Shown: one piece after another, positions 1-9,294 of the stretch | How positions within the stretch are numbered: the first letter of the stretch is position 1 | How the letters are laid out: each line of letters begins with the position of its first letter | Position numbers and translations under genes: made by a program | The notes under the pieces: model-generated | What the model saw: only the letters and a program-made list of their open reading frames with translations | Databases searched by the model: none | What the model was told of the DNA's origin: nothing | Source: Verrucomicrobiota bacterium | GTDB taxonomy: Bacteria > Verrucomicrobiota > Verrucomicrobiia > Limisphaerales > UBA9464 | Reading direction: 5' to 3' | NCBI GenBank assembly: GCA_017309115.1 | Contig: JAFLEF010000001.1 | Span: 184,616 to 248,615, forward strand | DNA: 64,000 bases

Positions 1-1057
1 CCACCGTCACAAACGGCTCCGAGAACTCCAAATCAAGCGGCTTGACCGTTCGCGGCAATCCGGTAGCGACGCCAAAAACAACATCCGGCGAGGCCACCTT
101 GCGAATCACCTGTTGAACAGCCGGTTCCGGCTTTAGGAATCGATCTTGAAAATCCAGTTCCAGCGGAACCCATCCGGTTCCGTCCGCGGTTCGCTCGTGG
201 CGATGCCACTCCACCCGGCCTATTCCCGGACGTCGTGCACCTCGGACGAGGGGATCAACACCCTGCGGAGCGTGGCAATCCGGGGGGAGTTCTTCCCAAA
301 CAATCCGGTTCGTTGACCAAAGATACGCTAGACCACCGACATCATCCCGCGTCAGTCCCCTCAAAAAAAAGCCGAAGCGATAACGCCCGTTGCTGATGCC
401 CTCAAGGAACTCATTGAACGCCGTCGCCGTTCGCGGGTTTTCGGTCAGGAGATAATTCTGCATTTCAAAGGCTGAGGCCGCTTTGGAAACGGGCAGGAAT
501 GAAATCGAATAGAAGAAGCCGGCACCGTTGATCGACTCACTCGGGAGTGCGGTGAGCGGCTCATAATTCCGTCGCAACACATACGCTTCTGCCTCCTCTG
601 CGTTGGGGGGGGTTGCCGCCAGACAGAAGAGGTAACGTTCGGAACTGGCGAGGCCCAGATTATGAAGCAGCGCGCTCAACGCCGTGGAACGCAGATCGAT
701 TAATCTCTCCCGCATTGCGTCGTACCTTAATCCCCAAGCAACGTCAGGAAACGACGCCAGCTTGGCCGCATCAAGTGACCCCAAGTCTGGCAACTCTCGC
801 AGCAAATTGATCGCTGATTCCACTGCCTCCACCCCTTCCTCGCCAAACGTGGCGCGAAACTGGGGATCGAACCCATAGGTGATGACGGGAAGATTCCAGC
901 GGTAAGCATGCTCAGGAATCACCGGTCCGCCTCCAGCGACCTCCGTATACTCCGTTCGATCTAGCATCCAGGGTTCAAAAGGACCCAACAACGAGAACGC
1001 AGCGGCAGTGGGGGCAACCAAAAGAAAAAGTCCGGCGGCGCGAAGCAGGCTCAACAC
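1..1057 (-). CDS. secreted hypothetical protein, 3' end cut by window edge
   Basis: The reverse frame stays open from GTG 1057 (or TTG 1054) to base 1 by hand translation. It is absent from the ORF track because no stop lies in the window. The N-terminus (M)LSLLRAAGLFLLVAPTAAA is signal-peptide-like, followed by ...EHAYRWNLPVITYGFDPQFRATFGEEGVEAVESAINLL... No catalytic motif or family recognised. Confidence 0.5.
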   Translation of the reverse strand, partial: MLSLLRAAGLFLLVAPTAAAFSLLGPFEPWMLDRTEYTEVAGGGPVIPEHAYRWNLPVITYGFDPQFRATFGEEGVEAVESAINLLRELPDLGSLDAAKLASFPDVAWGLRYDAMRERLIDLRSTALSALLHNLGLASSERYLFCLAATPPNAEEAEAYVLRRNYEPLTALPSESINGAGFFYSISFLPVSKAASAFEMQNYLLTENPRTATAFNEFLEGISNGRYRFGFFLRGLTRDDVGGLAYLWSTNRIVWEELPPDCHAPQGVDPLVRGARRPGIGRVEWHRHERTADGTGWVPLELDFQDRFLKPEPAVQQVIRKVASPDVVFGVATGLPRTVKPLDLEFSEPFVTV

Positions 1058-1447
1058 AGCTGAAACAGTGACCGACCCATCAGATCGGATCCACCTGAGA
1101 TTTCTAACGACCACCACTATGAGTTTGTGAGTCTTCGAAATCCGTCTGGAGTGAGACAGCCTAAAACAGGATCATGGTTACGAGATAAGCTTCCGTCCTT
1201 CCCTGCTTACGTCCGATTGGATTCCGAAAGCCGCCTGAACTCCGCCAATCCGATTTCTCCCAGAACATCCTCATAGCCATCCGGGAAGTGATCGAACCAG
1301 CCGAGCCCGGATCTCCTCCGCAAATGAAACCACCGGGTCGCCATGAACCCATCCACGCCCGCTGAAGTTCTCTCGGCAAGTCTGGAACTGCCCCTCCCTG
1401 ACTCAGCACCGCTTGACGTCCGACCCGTGTAATACGTAGTTTGCCGC

Positions 1448-1675
1448 ATGATCAAGACCATCACGAAAGTCGGTAACTCGCAGGGGGTGATCTTCGATGC
1501 CGCCCTGATGGATCTGGCGCGCCTGAAAGTCGGGGACCAAGTGAACCTGGAGGTTCACGAAGGCGGTACCATCACGTTGACGCCGTTGCGCCCCATGCCT
1601 TCCCGGGAGGACGTGTCACGGGTCATTCAAGAGACCATGACGGACTATGCCCGAACCATGAAGAAGCTGGCATGA
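1448..1675 (+). CDS. AbrB/MazE/SpoVT-type antitoxin
   Basis: 75 aa. MIKTITKVGNSQGVIFDAALMDLARLKVGDQVNLEV matches the swapped-hairpin AbrB/MazE pattern (K.GNS.gv.iP). Its stop overlaps the start of the downstream Doc gene by 4 nt. Confidence 0.8.
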   Translation: MIKTITKVGNSQGVIFDAALMDLARLKVGDQVNLEVHEGGTITLTPLRPMPSREDVSRVIQETMTDYARTMKKLA

Positions 1676-2091
1676 GCGCCACCTTGGAGAATTGCTTTCA
1701 TCTCACCGTAGATATCGTTCGCGAGATCCATTCCGAAGCGATCGCCCGTTTTGGCGGATCAGACGGAGTCCGCGATCTGGCCCTCCTGGAATCCGCCATT
1801 GGCGCACCCCAAGCCGTGTTCGGTGGGCAGTCACCCTACGAAGACCTGGAGGAAGTAGCGGCCGCCTACCTCTTTTATCTGTGCCGAAATCACCCGTTCA
1901 TCGACGGCAACAAGCGAGCAGCCCTGGGTGCTTGCCTGGTCTTCCTGCGCTTGAACGGAATCCAACCACCGCCTGATGGAGAGGTGTGGGAGGAATTGAC
2001 GCTGGGAGTCGCGTCTAGCCTGTTGGACCGCAGTGAGACAACCCACCGCTTGCGCCAAATCCTTGCTCCCCGCCGCCGCAAGAAAACGTAG
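1672..2091 (+). CDS. doc: Doc (death-on-curing) Fic-family toxin
   Basis: 139 aa with the Fic/Doc motif HPFIDGNKRAA. Size and context (overlapping a small antitoxin gene) fit a type II TA toxin. Confidence 0.85.
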   Translation: MSATLENCFHLTVDIVREIHSEAIARFGGSDGVRDLALLESAIGAPQAVFGGQSPYEDLEEVAAAYLFYLCRNHPFIDGNKRAALGACLVFLRLNGIQPPPDGEVWEELTLGVASSLLDRSETTHRLRQILAPRRRKKT

Positions 2092-2186
2092 ACGCGGTTG
2101 ACGAGAGTATCCGACCCCTTCGCCAACGGCCAAAGGTTGAACCCCGCTCTCCTTCCAGGAAAGAAGCCCCTTCACCTCTCACCGCC

Positions 2187-2810
2187 TTGCCGCCCACCTT
2201 CAACCGTCGTACCGCCACCCGCGTTCAAAACGGGAAAGTTCAGCGGAAGAATCGGCACCGTCCCACCGGGCATAACGGATATGTGTTCGCTCGGGAGTCG
2301 CCCGGGCGCGGCTTCCGACATGTTGTCAGCCTGGAGGACGTCCGAACCTTCATTGATCTGATCCCGGACTGGGACCGCTACTCCGAGCGCTTGGCGCGCA
2401 TCGTCCTGGCGCGCCCTACGGACGGCTGGGATGCGGCTCACGAATTCTATTTCCGAGAGGAGACGGGGGCGATTTACCTGTATGCTTGGAGCGAAGACCT
2501 ATGGGTGGAGTGGTTCCCCGACTACTTCGATTCCCACGAACCCATACTCCAGGCCCTGGGGGTATCCACCAGTCCCGCGGACCCCAAGCGGACTCGGGTC
2601 ATCTGCCGCTTCACCGACGCCCAAGCCCGGGCCTTCATGTTGTTGCACGTTTTCCTGCACGAACTGGGACATCACTACGACCACATCCACCAGAAGCATC
2701 ACAACCGCAGTCGAGGTGAAGACTATGCCGAGCGCTTCGCCAATGACCGTTTCGCCTCTTTGTTTCCCGCGTATGTCCAGGCCTTCGGTTCCCCTGTGGG
2801 TTCCGGTTGA
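2187..2810 (+). CDS. hypothetical protein with HExxH motif
   Basis: ORF of 207 aa from TTG 2187; an in-frame GTG at 2283 is an alternative start and there is no ATG near the 5' end. Contains FLHELGHHYDHIH (HExxH). No family recognised. Confidence 0.4.
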   Translation: MPPTFNRRTATRVQNGKVQRKNRHRPTGHNGYVFARESPGRGFRHVVSLEDVRTFIDLIPDWDRYSERLARIVLARPTDGWDAAHEFYFREETGAIYLYAWSEDLWVEWFPDYFDSHEPILQALGVSTSPADPKRTRVICRFTDAQARAFMLLHVFLHELGHHYDHIHQKHHNRSRGEDYAERFANDRFASLFPAYVQAFGSPVGSG

Positions 2811-2822
2811 TCCTGCGGACGG

Positions 2823-3578
2823 TTAGCGCGGCCGACAGATCGCCTGATCCCGGCGGGAGGCTTCGGTTATGCCCCAGAGATTGACGGGACAAGTGCATTC
2901 GCCAAACGGGAGCGGACGGACCCCGCCGTCGGCAAAGCCATAGTTGGACTGACCCCGTCGCGAATGCCCGCGCACTCCGTGGCGGGCTTCGTCCAGATCC
3001 GCCAAAAACCCGACGTTCGGCCGCAGCACATCCAGTTCCCAGACCGTTGATTGGGCGGACTTCTCCCCAAAGAGGATCGTCTCGTGAGGTTCAGTCACGC
3101 GGGACTCCGGAAGAGCCATCGACACCAACCCCTGCCGAATCGGCGCCGCCAGCTTTCCCGGGTACACTTCGGCGACAAGGTCAGAGAATCCGTTGAACAC
3201 GTAACTTCTCGGCGCCTCATCTGGTAACGCCGTCGGGAAGTTCGTGGCGCGGCGAAGGCTCTCGTCCACCGGACACCGCAACACCTTCATGTCGCGGTAT
3301 CCGGAATGGAACAGACTGGTCCAGCGGCGGCCCGGTGCAGAGACCGGCAGCGCGCCGGAGTGGTCGTCGGAATAGAGCCGCACCGCCAGATTGAGCTGAC
3401 GGAGCTGGTTGGCGCACGCCGTTCGACCAGCCTGCACCCGGGCCCGCGCCAGTCCCGGCAAAAGCAGTCCGGCCAGCACGGCAATTATGGCCACCACCAC
3501 CAGAAGTTCGATCAGCGAGAATCCCAGGCGCCGCTTCGCAGCGGGCGAAGGCATCAATCGCTGGAAGACGAGTCGCAT
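2823..3578 (-). CDS. prepilin-type N-terminal cleavage/methylation protein, H-X9-DG (DUF1559-like) family
   Basis: N-terminus [23 protein letters not shown] (type IV pilin-like methylation motif). C-terminal ...NYGFADGGV resembles the H-X9-DG tail. Starts 13 nt downstream of the TlpA-like gene. Confidence 0.8.
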   Translation of the reverse strand: MRLVFQRLMPSPAAKRRLGFSLIELLVVVAIIAVLAGLLLPGLARARVQAGRTACANQLRQLNLAVRLYSDDHSGALPVSAPGRRWTSLFHSGYRDMKVLRCPVDESLRRATNFPTALPDEAPRSYVFNGFSDLVAEVYPGKLAAPIRQGLVSMALPESRVTEPHETILFGEKSAQSTVWELDVLRPNVGFLADLDEARHGVRGHSRRGQSNYGFADGGVRPLPFGECTCPVNLWGITEASRRDQAICRPR

Positions 3579-3591
3579 CGGATACTCGTGG

Positions 3592-5619
3592 TTACGGGCG
3601 GCTCAACCGGTAAAAGGCTTGGCTTGGTTCCAGCGCCACTGTGACCACCTGCCGGTTACCCTCATTCACTGGGCTGGCCGTGACGCCAACCCATGGCCCC
3701 GCCAGCGAGGAACCCGCTTGGAGCTCAAGATTGGGCTGCGCTTCCCAGGACAACTGCACCCGGCCATCCGCCAAGGGCACCGCACCCAAGGTCGGCATCG
3801 CCGACGCCGTCGAAAGGTGCGGCAGAATCAATCGCTCGAAGTCATTCCGCGAGCGGGCTCCCACGAGCTTCTGAATGATTTTGCCTTCCCGATTGATGAG
3901 ATAGGTGGTCGGTATGGCGCTCGCGTGACCGAAGCCGGCCTCCACCGTTCCCGACGGCTGATCCAACACCACCGGATACGTAATCTGATAGTCGGCGACA
4001 AAGTCGGCGACTAGGCTGGTCGGCCACGTGCCCGCAACCGCATTGTCGACCGACACGCCGATCACGACGAATCCTTGGGATCGATACTGCTCGTACAGCG
4101 AAACCAGGTCCGGAATCTCGGCCAGACACGGCCCGCACCAGGTCGCCCAGAGATTGACCAACTGCACGGACCCCGCGAATTCCGAGGATCGGACCACCGC
4201 ATTGTCCAAGCCCCGGGCAGTCCAACTCGGCGCGGGAAGGGAGTCGAGGAGTTGGTAATCCAGCCGCACCAAGCCGGCCGGCGACCCCACCACCGGGGCG
4301 ATGGCGACAAAATACTCCTGGCCCGCCTCCACATAAGCGCTCAGTTCGCTGGTCAACAGGCTTCCCGCGTCATCATTCGTCTCCAGTTCTTCCAGGGTTC
4401 TCAGGGATCCGCCGGAGTACAGGGCCAACACCGTGTCCAACGGCGCCCCCGAAGACGTGGTGCTGCTGTGCGTTCTCAACCGCAGAACTCCCGCCTTGGG
4501 CGCGGTGTATCGCCACCAGACCGACTGACTTCGCGTACCGCCGTGGCTACTGGGTTCGTAATTCTCGCCAGTGGCGTATTGGGTGTTGGCCTCACTTCGA
4601 CCGGCGATCCCGTCCAGAACCGTGGCCCGGGCAAACGCGTCATTGGCCGGTCGCAACGAAAGGTCTGGTAGACTCTGCAGGGTCGCCGAAATCTCAACCG
4701 GACCGGTCGCGATCTCCCCGTCGTCATAAAGATCAGCTTGGAGGTAATAGGTCACCCCAGGAACGGTCAGAAAAGCGGCCAGACTTCCATGGTTTGGACC
4801 GCCCTCATCCTCAGCCGTCAACAGTTGAAGGTTCTCCAAGGAGTTTCCGGTATAGATCCCCACCACCGTGTCCGGACTGGGTCCTGTCCCCCCCAACTCA
4901 ACCAGCGCCAAGCCTTCCTGCTCCGGCGTCCAACTCCACCACAGGGTCCGCCCACGCGCCCGAAACGGTAGGAACGGCTCGCCCGCCTCCCGGGTAGCCA
5001 AGCGAAACGTACTCGCGTCGGAGGCGTTCGCGCCGGTCAGGGGCGTCGCGGTTGAGAAATTGTCGTTATCCGGCCGTTCACCTGACGACGCTTCGAAGGA
5101 CACCGACAGATACGCCGATCCAGTGGCCACCTCGAACGAGTGTAGATCCGCCAGAAAATGATAAGCGGTTCCCGGGGTGGCGACGAACCGGCACTGACTC
5201 GATAAACCCGTGGATTCATCGTCGTTGAAGTCCACCAGCGTGAGGGCCGCCAGGGAGTCCCCGGTAAACACGCCCAGCACCGTGTCCAATTCATCAGAGA
5301 AATCCGGTAGAAAACCCATCAACTGGACCTGAACTTCCCCCGCCCCCGGAGCCACCCAGGTCCACCACAAGCTTCGGCCGGCAGTAGACTCTGGGAGCAC
5401 CGGCTCCTGAAACTCCCACGTGCCGGTGGAAAAATCACCGGTGTCCGACGCCTCCGAACCCGTCAGCAACGTCCGGGCAGCAAACGAGTCCTGGCCTTCG
5501 GCCATTAGAGTGCTCCCTAGGCTGACCGCCGCTCCTGCGGCCAGGGCAAGCACTGTCAAAGAGGTGGGAGTGTTAGGAGTCCGGGAGCGAATCCCGGCGC
5601 GGAAAATGGGGGTAATCAT
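3592..5619 (-). CDS. secreted TlpA/thioredoxin-like protein with three N-terminal PPC-like repeats
   Basis: WATWCGPC redox motif within a redoxin-like region. Three ~115-aa repeats each carry NDxF..A..L and (L/V)WW.(W/Y). Signal peptide from M at 5619 (the ORF track starts at 5664). Ends in ...AFYRLSRP. Confidence 0.75.
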   Translation of the reverse strand: MITPIFRAGIRSRTPNTPTSLTVLALAAGAAVSLGSTLMAEGQDSFAARTLLTGSEASDTGDFSTGTWEFQEPVLPESTAGRSLWWTWVAPGAGEVQVQLMGFLPDFSDELDTVLGVFTGDSLAALTLVDFNDDESTGLSSQCRFVATPGTAYHFLADLHSFEVATGSAYLSVSFEASSGERPDNDNFSTATPLTGANASDASTFRLATREAGEPFLPFRARGRTLWWSWTPEQEGLALVELGGTGPSPDTVVGIYTGNSLENLQLLTAEDEGGPNHGSLAAFLTVPGVTYYLQADLYDDGEIATGPVEISATLQSLPDLSLRPANDAFARATVLDGIAGRSEANTQYATGENYEPSSHGGTRSQSVWWRYTAPKAGVLRLRTHSSTTSSGAPLDTVLALYSGGSLRTLEELETNDDAGSLLTSELSAYVEAGQEYFVAIAPVVGSPAGLVRLDYQLLDSLPAPSWTARGLDNAVVRSSEFAGSVQLVNLWATWCGPCLAEIPDLVSLYEQYRSQGFVVIGVSVDNAVAGTWPTSLVADFVADYQITYPVVLDQPSGTVEAGFGHASAIPTTYLINREGKIIQKLVGARSRNDFERLILPHLSTASAMPTLGAVPLADGRVQLSWEAQPNLELQAGSSLAGPWVGVTASPVNEGNRQVVTVALEPSQAFYRLSRP

Positions 5620-5729
5620 GGGGCCGATTCTGACTGTGCTCAGCTTCTCCTTCGTACACCCCATGGCAAGGAGATTATGAAGTCATCCTTCGCCTCATAT
5701 ATCATTCCCCGCCCCCCAGCCACCGCACT

Positions 5730-6626
5730 TCACGGTGCAAACGCCTCGGTCACCGGCCGGCCAATCCACGCCGCCGGGGCTTTGAGTCCCAACACCCACG
5801 CCAGGGTCGCCGCCGTATCATAAGTGTTCACCGGTTGGTGAATCACCGTCCCCTTCGCCACGCCCGGTCCGTAAACAATCCACGGAATCTCCAGTTCGGC
5901 GATGGTGTCGCCGCCGTGTTTGGTTCCCACGCCGCCGTGGTCCGCCGAAATCAGCACCAGGGTCTTGCCGCCCATTCCGGCCTCGTCGATCGCCTGCACC
6001 ACGTCGCCAATCAGCGAGTCCACCAATTCCACCGACTTGAAGTACGTCGGCGACTTCCAACCGAACGCGTGCCCGGCATGATCCACCCCGTCGAAGTGGA
6101 TAAACAAGAACTGAGGCTTGTGCTCCTTCAGATACTTCGCTGCCTTCCCGGCAGTTTCGATCGCGTCTTTCACGTGCTCCACATGGTTCACCATCCCGCG
6201 CTCCAACAGGCGTCCGAATCCATCCCAGTCGTGCAAACACGCAATGTGCGCGTCCGGCTTCTGCTCGCGAACCACTCGGAAAATGGTGGGGAACATACCC
6301 TCCGGCCCGACCTCGAGTGCGGGAATCTCAAACTTGTTGGTCAGCCAATCATTCGAGGTAACGCCGTGCTGCTCCGGTCCGGCCCCCATGATCATGGACG
6401 CCCAGTTCGGAGAACTGGAGGTCGGCATGACACCCCGGGCGCGCAAGGTGTAAGCGCCTTCCTTCATCAACCGATGCATCACCGGCGCATTGGTCTCCTT
6501 GAACGCCAAGGATCCCATGCCATCGCTCCCAATCACAACGATATGTTCCACACCGGGAACTGCCGACGAGACGGGCGCCAGAGCCAGGATCACTCCAGAC
6601 AACAGAAGCGGAACGAGACGTTTCAT
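5730..6626 (-). CDS. alkaline-phosphatase superfamily, type I phosphodiesterase/nucleotide pyrophosphatase-like
   Basis: MKRLVPLLLSGVILALAPVSSA signal peptide. Motifs VVIGSDGMG, MPTSSSPNW...HGV, HFDGVDHAGH and ISADHGG match metal-ligand/nucleophile positions of the NPP family. The ORF-track start at 6896 reads through intergenic repeats, so I trimmed to ATG 6626. Confidence 0.8.
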   Translation of the reverse strand: MKRLVPLLLSGVILALAPVSSAVPGVEHIVVIGSDGMGSLAFKETNAPVMHRLMKEGAYTLRARGVMPTSSSPNWASMIMGAGPEQHGVTSNDWLTNKFEIPALEVGPEGMFPTIFRVVREQKPDAHIACLHDWDGFGRLLERGMVNHVEHVKDAIETAGKAAKYLKEHKPQFLFIHFDGVDHAGHAFGWKSPTYFKSVELVDSLIGDVVQAIDEAGMGGKTLVLISADHGGVGTKHGGDTIAELEIPWIVYGPGVAKGTVIHQPVNTYDTAATLAWVLGLKAPAAWIGRPVTEAFAP

Positions 6627-6758
6627 CAGGTGATCACCATGATCCGGGAGCCGCGACAAAAGTATCCCCGAATCCGGCGAGCGCTTAGCCTGACCCTGCA
6701 CCTCTGCCGACCCGATCGCCCGTGACGAATCCGGGACAAGTGTGTAACGCGAAGCGCG

Positions 6759-6848
6759 GTGGGGCGAGGCTTCCGCCGAGCCGTTCGCGTCCCGCCGAAA
6801 TAACGCGTCCGAAGTCCACACACGCACGACTCTGCGGAGGGCCGCCAC
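6759..6848 (-). repeat. family-A palindromic intergenic element (inverted orientation)
   Basis: Matches the reverse complement of the family-A consensus (see 50912-51002): gtggggcgagg...gagccgttcgcgtc...acgcgtcc...ctgcggagg. Coordinates +/-3. Confidence 0.75.
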
Positions 6849-6849
6849 C

Positions 6850-6954
6850 GTAGCCGCCGAGGCAACGAGGCGCTGACTCCCCCCAGACCACTCCACGCGC
6901 CGAATTCCAAGCGACGCTCAACCTGGAATGGCGCCTCCTCCCGTCGGCGGCTAC
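6850..6954. repeat. family-R2 palindromic intergenic element, copy 1
   Basis: ~105 bp bounded by inverted termini GTAGCCGCCGA...TCGGCGGCTAC, with core aacgaggcgctgact...ccactccacgcgc.gaattcc. Overlaps the stop codon of the MFS gene. Confidence 0.8.
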
Positions 6955-8405
6955 GCAGGCCTGCCCTTTTCCCGCTGACTCAGAGCCGCCATCGCTGCGA
7001 CAACCGCCATGGCCCACAACAGGATCAACGCCTGGGCTACCGCCGGGAACGGATCCGCACCCAACGCCAGCCCGGCCAGACACCACGTCAGAACGGACGA
7101 GGCTGTCGCCACGCCAATGCTGGTTCCCAGGACCCGAAACAAATTCAGTAGGCCACCCGCCATGGCGGAGTCCGCCGGCGGTGCCGCCGCCAACGTCGCA
7201 CTATTGTTGGGCGATATGAACAATCCCAAGCCAACCCCATACAGCGCCAGCGAACCCAACAGCGGCCCGGACCCGAGGTCATCTGCACCCAATACCTCCC
7301 GCAACAACCACACCGCCACGCCACAACAGACCATTCCCGTCAGCGTGGGCCCCCGGGCGCCCCGCCGTTCCGACCAGGATCCACTGAAGGGCGCCGCCAT
7401 GCCCAAGGCTACCGGTAAAATTGCTAGATGCAGGCCCGCCTCCACCGGCGTGAGCCGACCGCCACGCACCAACGCGTACGACATCAGAAAAAACATGCCG
7501 TAGAGCAAGGCGTACGACAGCGTGATGCCGACCAAGCCCGCAGAGAAGTCCCGGATTCTCAACAGCGACAAGCGAATCAACGGGCTTTCGGTGCGGCCTT
7601 CGCGAAGGCCAAATCCGATCAACAAGGTTAGGGCCAGCCCAGCGGTGACGAGGGTCCGCACCGACGTTAGTCCCCAGTCCTGACCGAGACTGAGCACCAG
7701 CAGTAAGGCCACCAAGCCCGGTCCCAGCAGCACGGTGCCGAACCAATCAAAGCGGGTCTTGGCTGGAGCTGGCGGAGACGGCGGCACCAGAACCCACGCA
7801 GCGAGGGCGCCCGCCAATCCGAACGGCACCGTCACCCAAAAGACCGATCGCCAGCCAAATTCGCTCATGAGCCAACCTCCGACCGCTGGCCCAACTCCCA
7901 CGCCCAAGGCTTGCGCGGCCGCGAACCAGCCCATGGCTCTTCCGCGGCGTTCCTTGCCGGCCGCCGCCACCAGCAGGGTCACACTGTTGGCCCCGAGCAG
8001 CGCTCCGCCAATGCCCTGAAGGATGCGACACGCCACCAAACTTCCCAGGGAATCCGCCAGCGCGCACAAGGCCGACGCGGCGGCAAACACGAGGAATCCC
8101 AGAATATAAAAACGCTTCCGTCCGGTGGTCTGAGACAGCCGGGTAAAGGGCGCCAACGCGGCAGCAAACGACAGCAGATACGCGATCGCCACCCAACTGG
8201 CCGCGCCAAGCCCGCACCGAAACTCGGCCTCCAACACCGGCAAGACCAACTGCACGATGCTGGCATCCAGTTGTCCGATGAACGCACCGATGCAGGTGGT
8301 CCCGACGACCATCCAGACGAATCCCGGCCGCTGGACCAGACGGGCCGGCGGCTCTCTTTCCAGAAAGGCTGCGATTCGTTCGCCCATCCGACGTGCACCG
8401 CTCAT
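6951..8405 (-). CDS. MFS transporter, DHA2 (EmrB/QacA-like, 14-TM type)
   Basis: Long hydrophobic protein with IGAFIGQLDASIVQLVLP and LQGIGGALLGANS motifs typical of drug:H+ antiporter MFS. Start trimmed to ATG 8405 (MSGARRMGERIAAF...). The track ORF (to 8747) reads through repeat R2 and overlaps the next gene. Confidence 0.8.
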   Translation of the reverse strand: MSGARRMGERIAAFLEREPPARLVQRPGFVWMVVGTTCIGAFIGQLDASIVQLVLPVLEAEFRCGLGAASWVAIAYLLSFAAALAPFTRLSQTTGRKRFYILGFLVFAAASALCALADSLGSLVACRILQGIGGALLGANSVTLLVAAAGKERRGRAMGWFAAAQALGVGVGPAVGGWLMSEFGWRSVFWVTVPFGLAGALAAWVLVPPSPPAPAKTRFDWFGTVLLGPGLVALLLVLSLGQDWGLTSVRTLVTAGLALTLLIGFGLREGRTESPLIRLSLLRIRDFSAGLVGITLSYALLYGMFFLMSYALVRGGRLTPVEAGLHLAILPVALGMAAPFSGSWSERRGARGPTLTGMVCCGVAVWLLREVLGADDLGSGPLLGSLALYGVGLGLFISPNNSATLAAAPPADSAMAGGLLNLFRVLGTSIGVATASSVLTWCLAGLALGADPFPAVAQALILLWAMAVVAAMAALSQREKGRPA

Positions 8406-8471
8406 CGGCCGTTCGAATATCGAATCTCGTCCTGGGGGAACATCCCGGAATTCGGAAAACGTCGCTCCACC

Positions 8472-8578
8472 GGAGCCGCCAAGGGAACGAGGCGCTGACT
8501 CATCAAGCCAACTCCACGCGCTGAATTCCGAGGAACGCGCCACCATACCCAATGGCGCCTCCTCCCGTCGGCGGCTAC
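8472..8578. repeat. family-R2 palindromic intergenic element, copy 2
   Basis: ggagccgccaagggaacgaggcgctgactcatcaagccaactccacgcgctgaattccgagg...cctcccgtcggcggctac. Near-identical to copy 3. Confidence 0.8.
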
Positions 8579-8640
8579 TCACCCCGGAGGGGCGAGGCTC
8601 ACCGAGCAACCGGTTTCTCCCTGCGTGTGTCCAACTCGCT

Positions 8641-9294
8641 TCAATCTCCGCTCCAGCTGTAATCGTAACCCGGGGGAGGCGAGTAGGACCCCGGGGCCGA
8701 TCGTTCGACACCGTTCCAGTAAATGGCCGTGAGCGCCACGTGGCCATCCACGAAATCTAGAACCGAACGTTCACCAACGCGATTCTCCGAGCGGACCGGA
8801 TGCCACGAACCACCAAAGTACGCCGTCCATTCCCCGACCAACACCGCCCGGTCCGGGTGCGAAATGGTCCCCAGCCGTTTCCCAGTAATCCGCGGGAGAT
8901 CCCCTGGACCGACTTCGTAACCATTGAAGGTGAAGCTGGTGAACGCGTGCTGAACTTGGCGACAAACGGAGCGATCCGCCGGACAAATGAACACCTTCTC
9001 CTGCGGCGACGTGCGGCCGGTCAGACCCAGATAGCCCTTCACGAGTTGCTTGTAATAGGCCCCTACGCCGTTGGGATAAGGATTGGGATCCGGCAACACC
9101 GGAAGCGCGTCCGCGTGATCTTGAGCATACAAGTGAAATGCCAACCCGACCTGCCTCAGCTGGCTCGAACACTGAGTCTTCCACGCCTGCTCACGGGCCC
9201 GTGCCAAGGCGGGAAGCAGCAGAGCCGCCAGGATTCCCACAATCGCCACTACCACCAGCAACTCAATCAGCGTGAATGCGCGCTGAACATTCAT
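8641..9294 (-). CDS. prepilin-type N-terminal cleavage/methylation protein, H-X9-DG family
   Basis: [30 protein letters not shown] and a C-terminal ...LDFVDGHV tail. Its ATG overlaps the stop of the upstream sigma gene (ATGA at 9291-9294). Confidence 0.8.
   Translation of the reverse strand: MNVQRAFTLIELLVVVAIVGILAALLLPALARAREQAWKTQCSSQLRQVGLAFHLYAQDHADALPVLPDPNPYPNGVGAYYKQLVKGYLGLTGRTSPQEKVFICPADRSVCRQVQHAFTSFTFNGYEVGPGDLPRITGKRLGTISHPDRAVLVGEWTAYFGGSWHPVRSENRVGERSVLDFVDGHVALTAIYWNGVERSAPGSYSPPPGYDYSWSGD

Noticed and set aside
605-612. Other homopolymer tracts: G8 at 605-612, A8 at 363-370, C7 at 33158-33164, T8 at 33238-33245
   Set aside because: The first two lie in an intact reading frame. 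The last two are intergenic, and one sequence gives no evidence of length variation. They are noted only as candidates should population data become available.
1161-1464. 82-85-aa minus-strand ORFs between the first gene and the TA pair
   Set aside because: They are mutually overlapping frames with no motifs and an Arg/Gly/Ser-rich composition. The region is more likely the promoter/leader of the flanking divergent genes.
5835-6725. Long antisense ORFs: 5835-6725, 22623-23681, 25067-26020, 29834-30694, 45135-46471, 48478-49242, 49954-50634 and similar
   Set aside because: Each overlaps, on the opposite strand, a gene with clear family motifs. None shows a recognisable domain. This is stop-codon paucity in GC-rich sequence.
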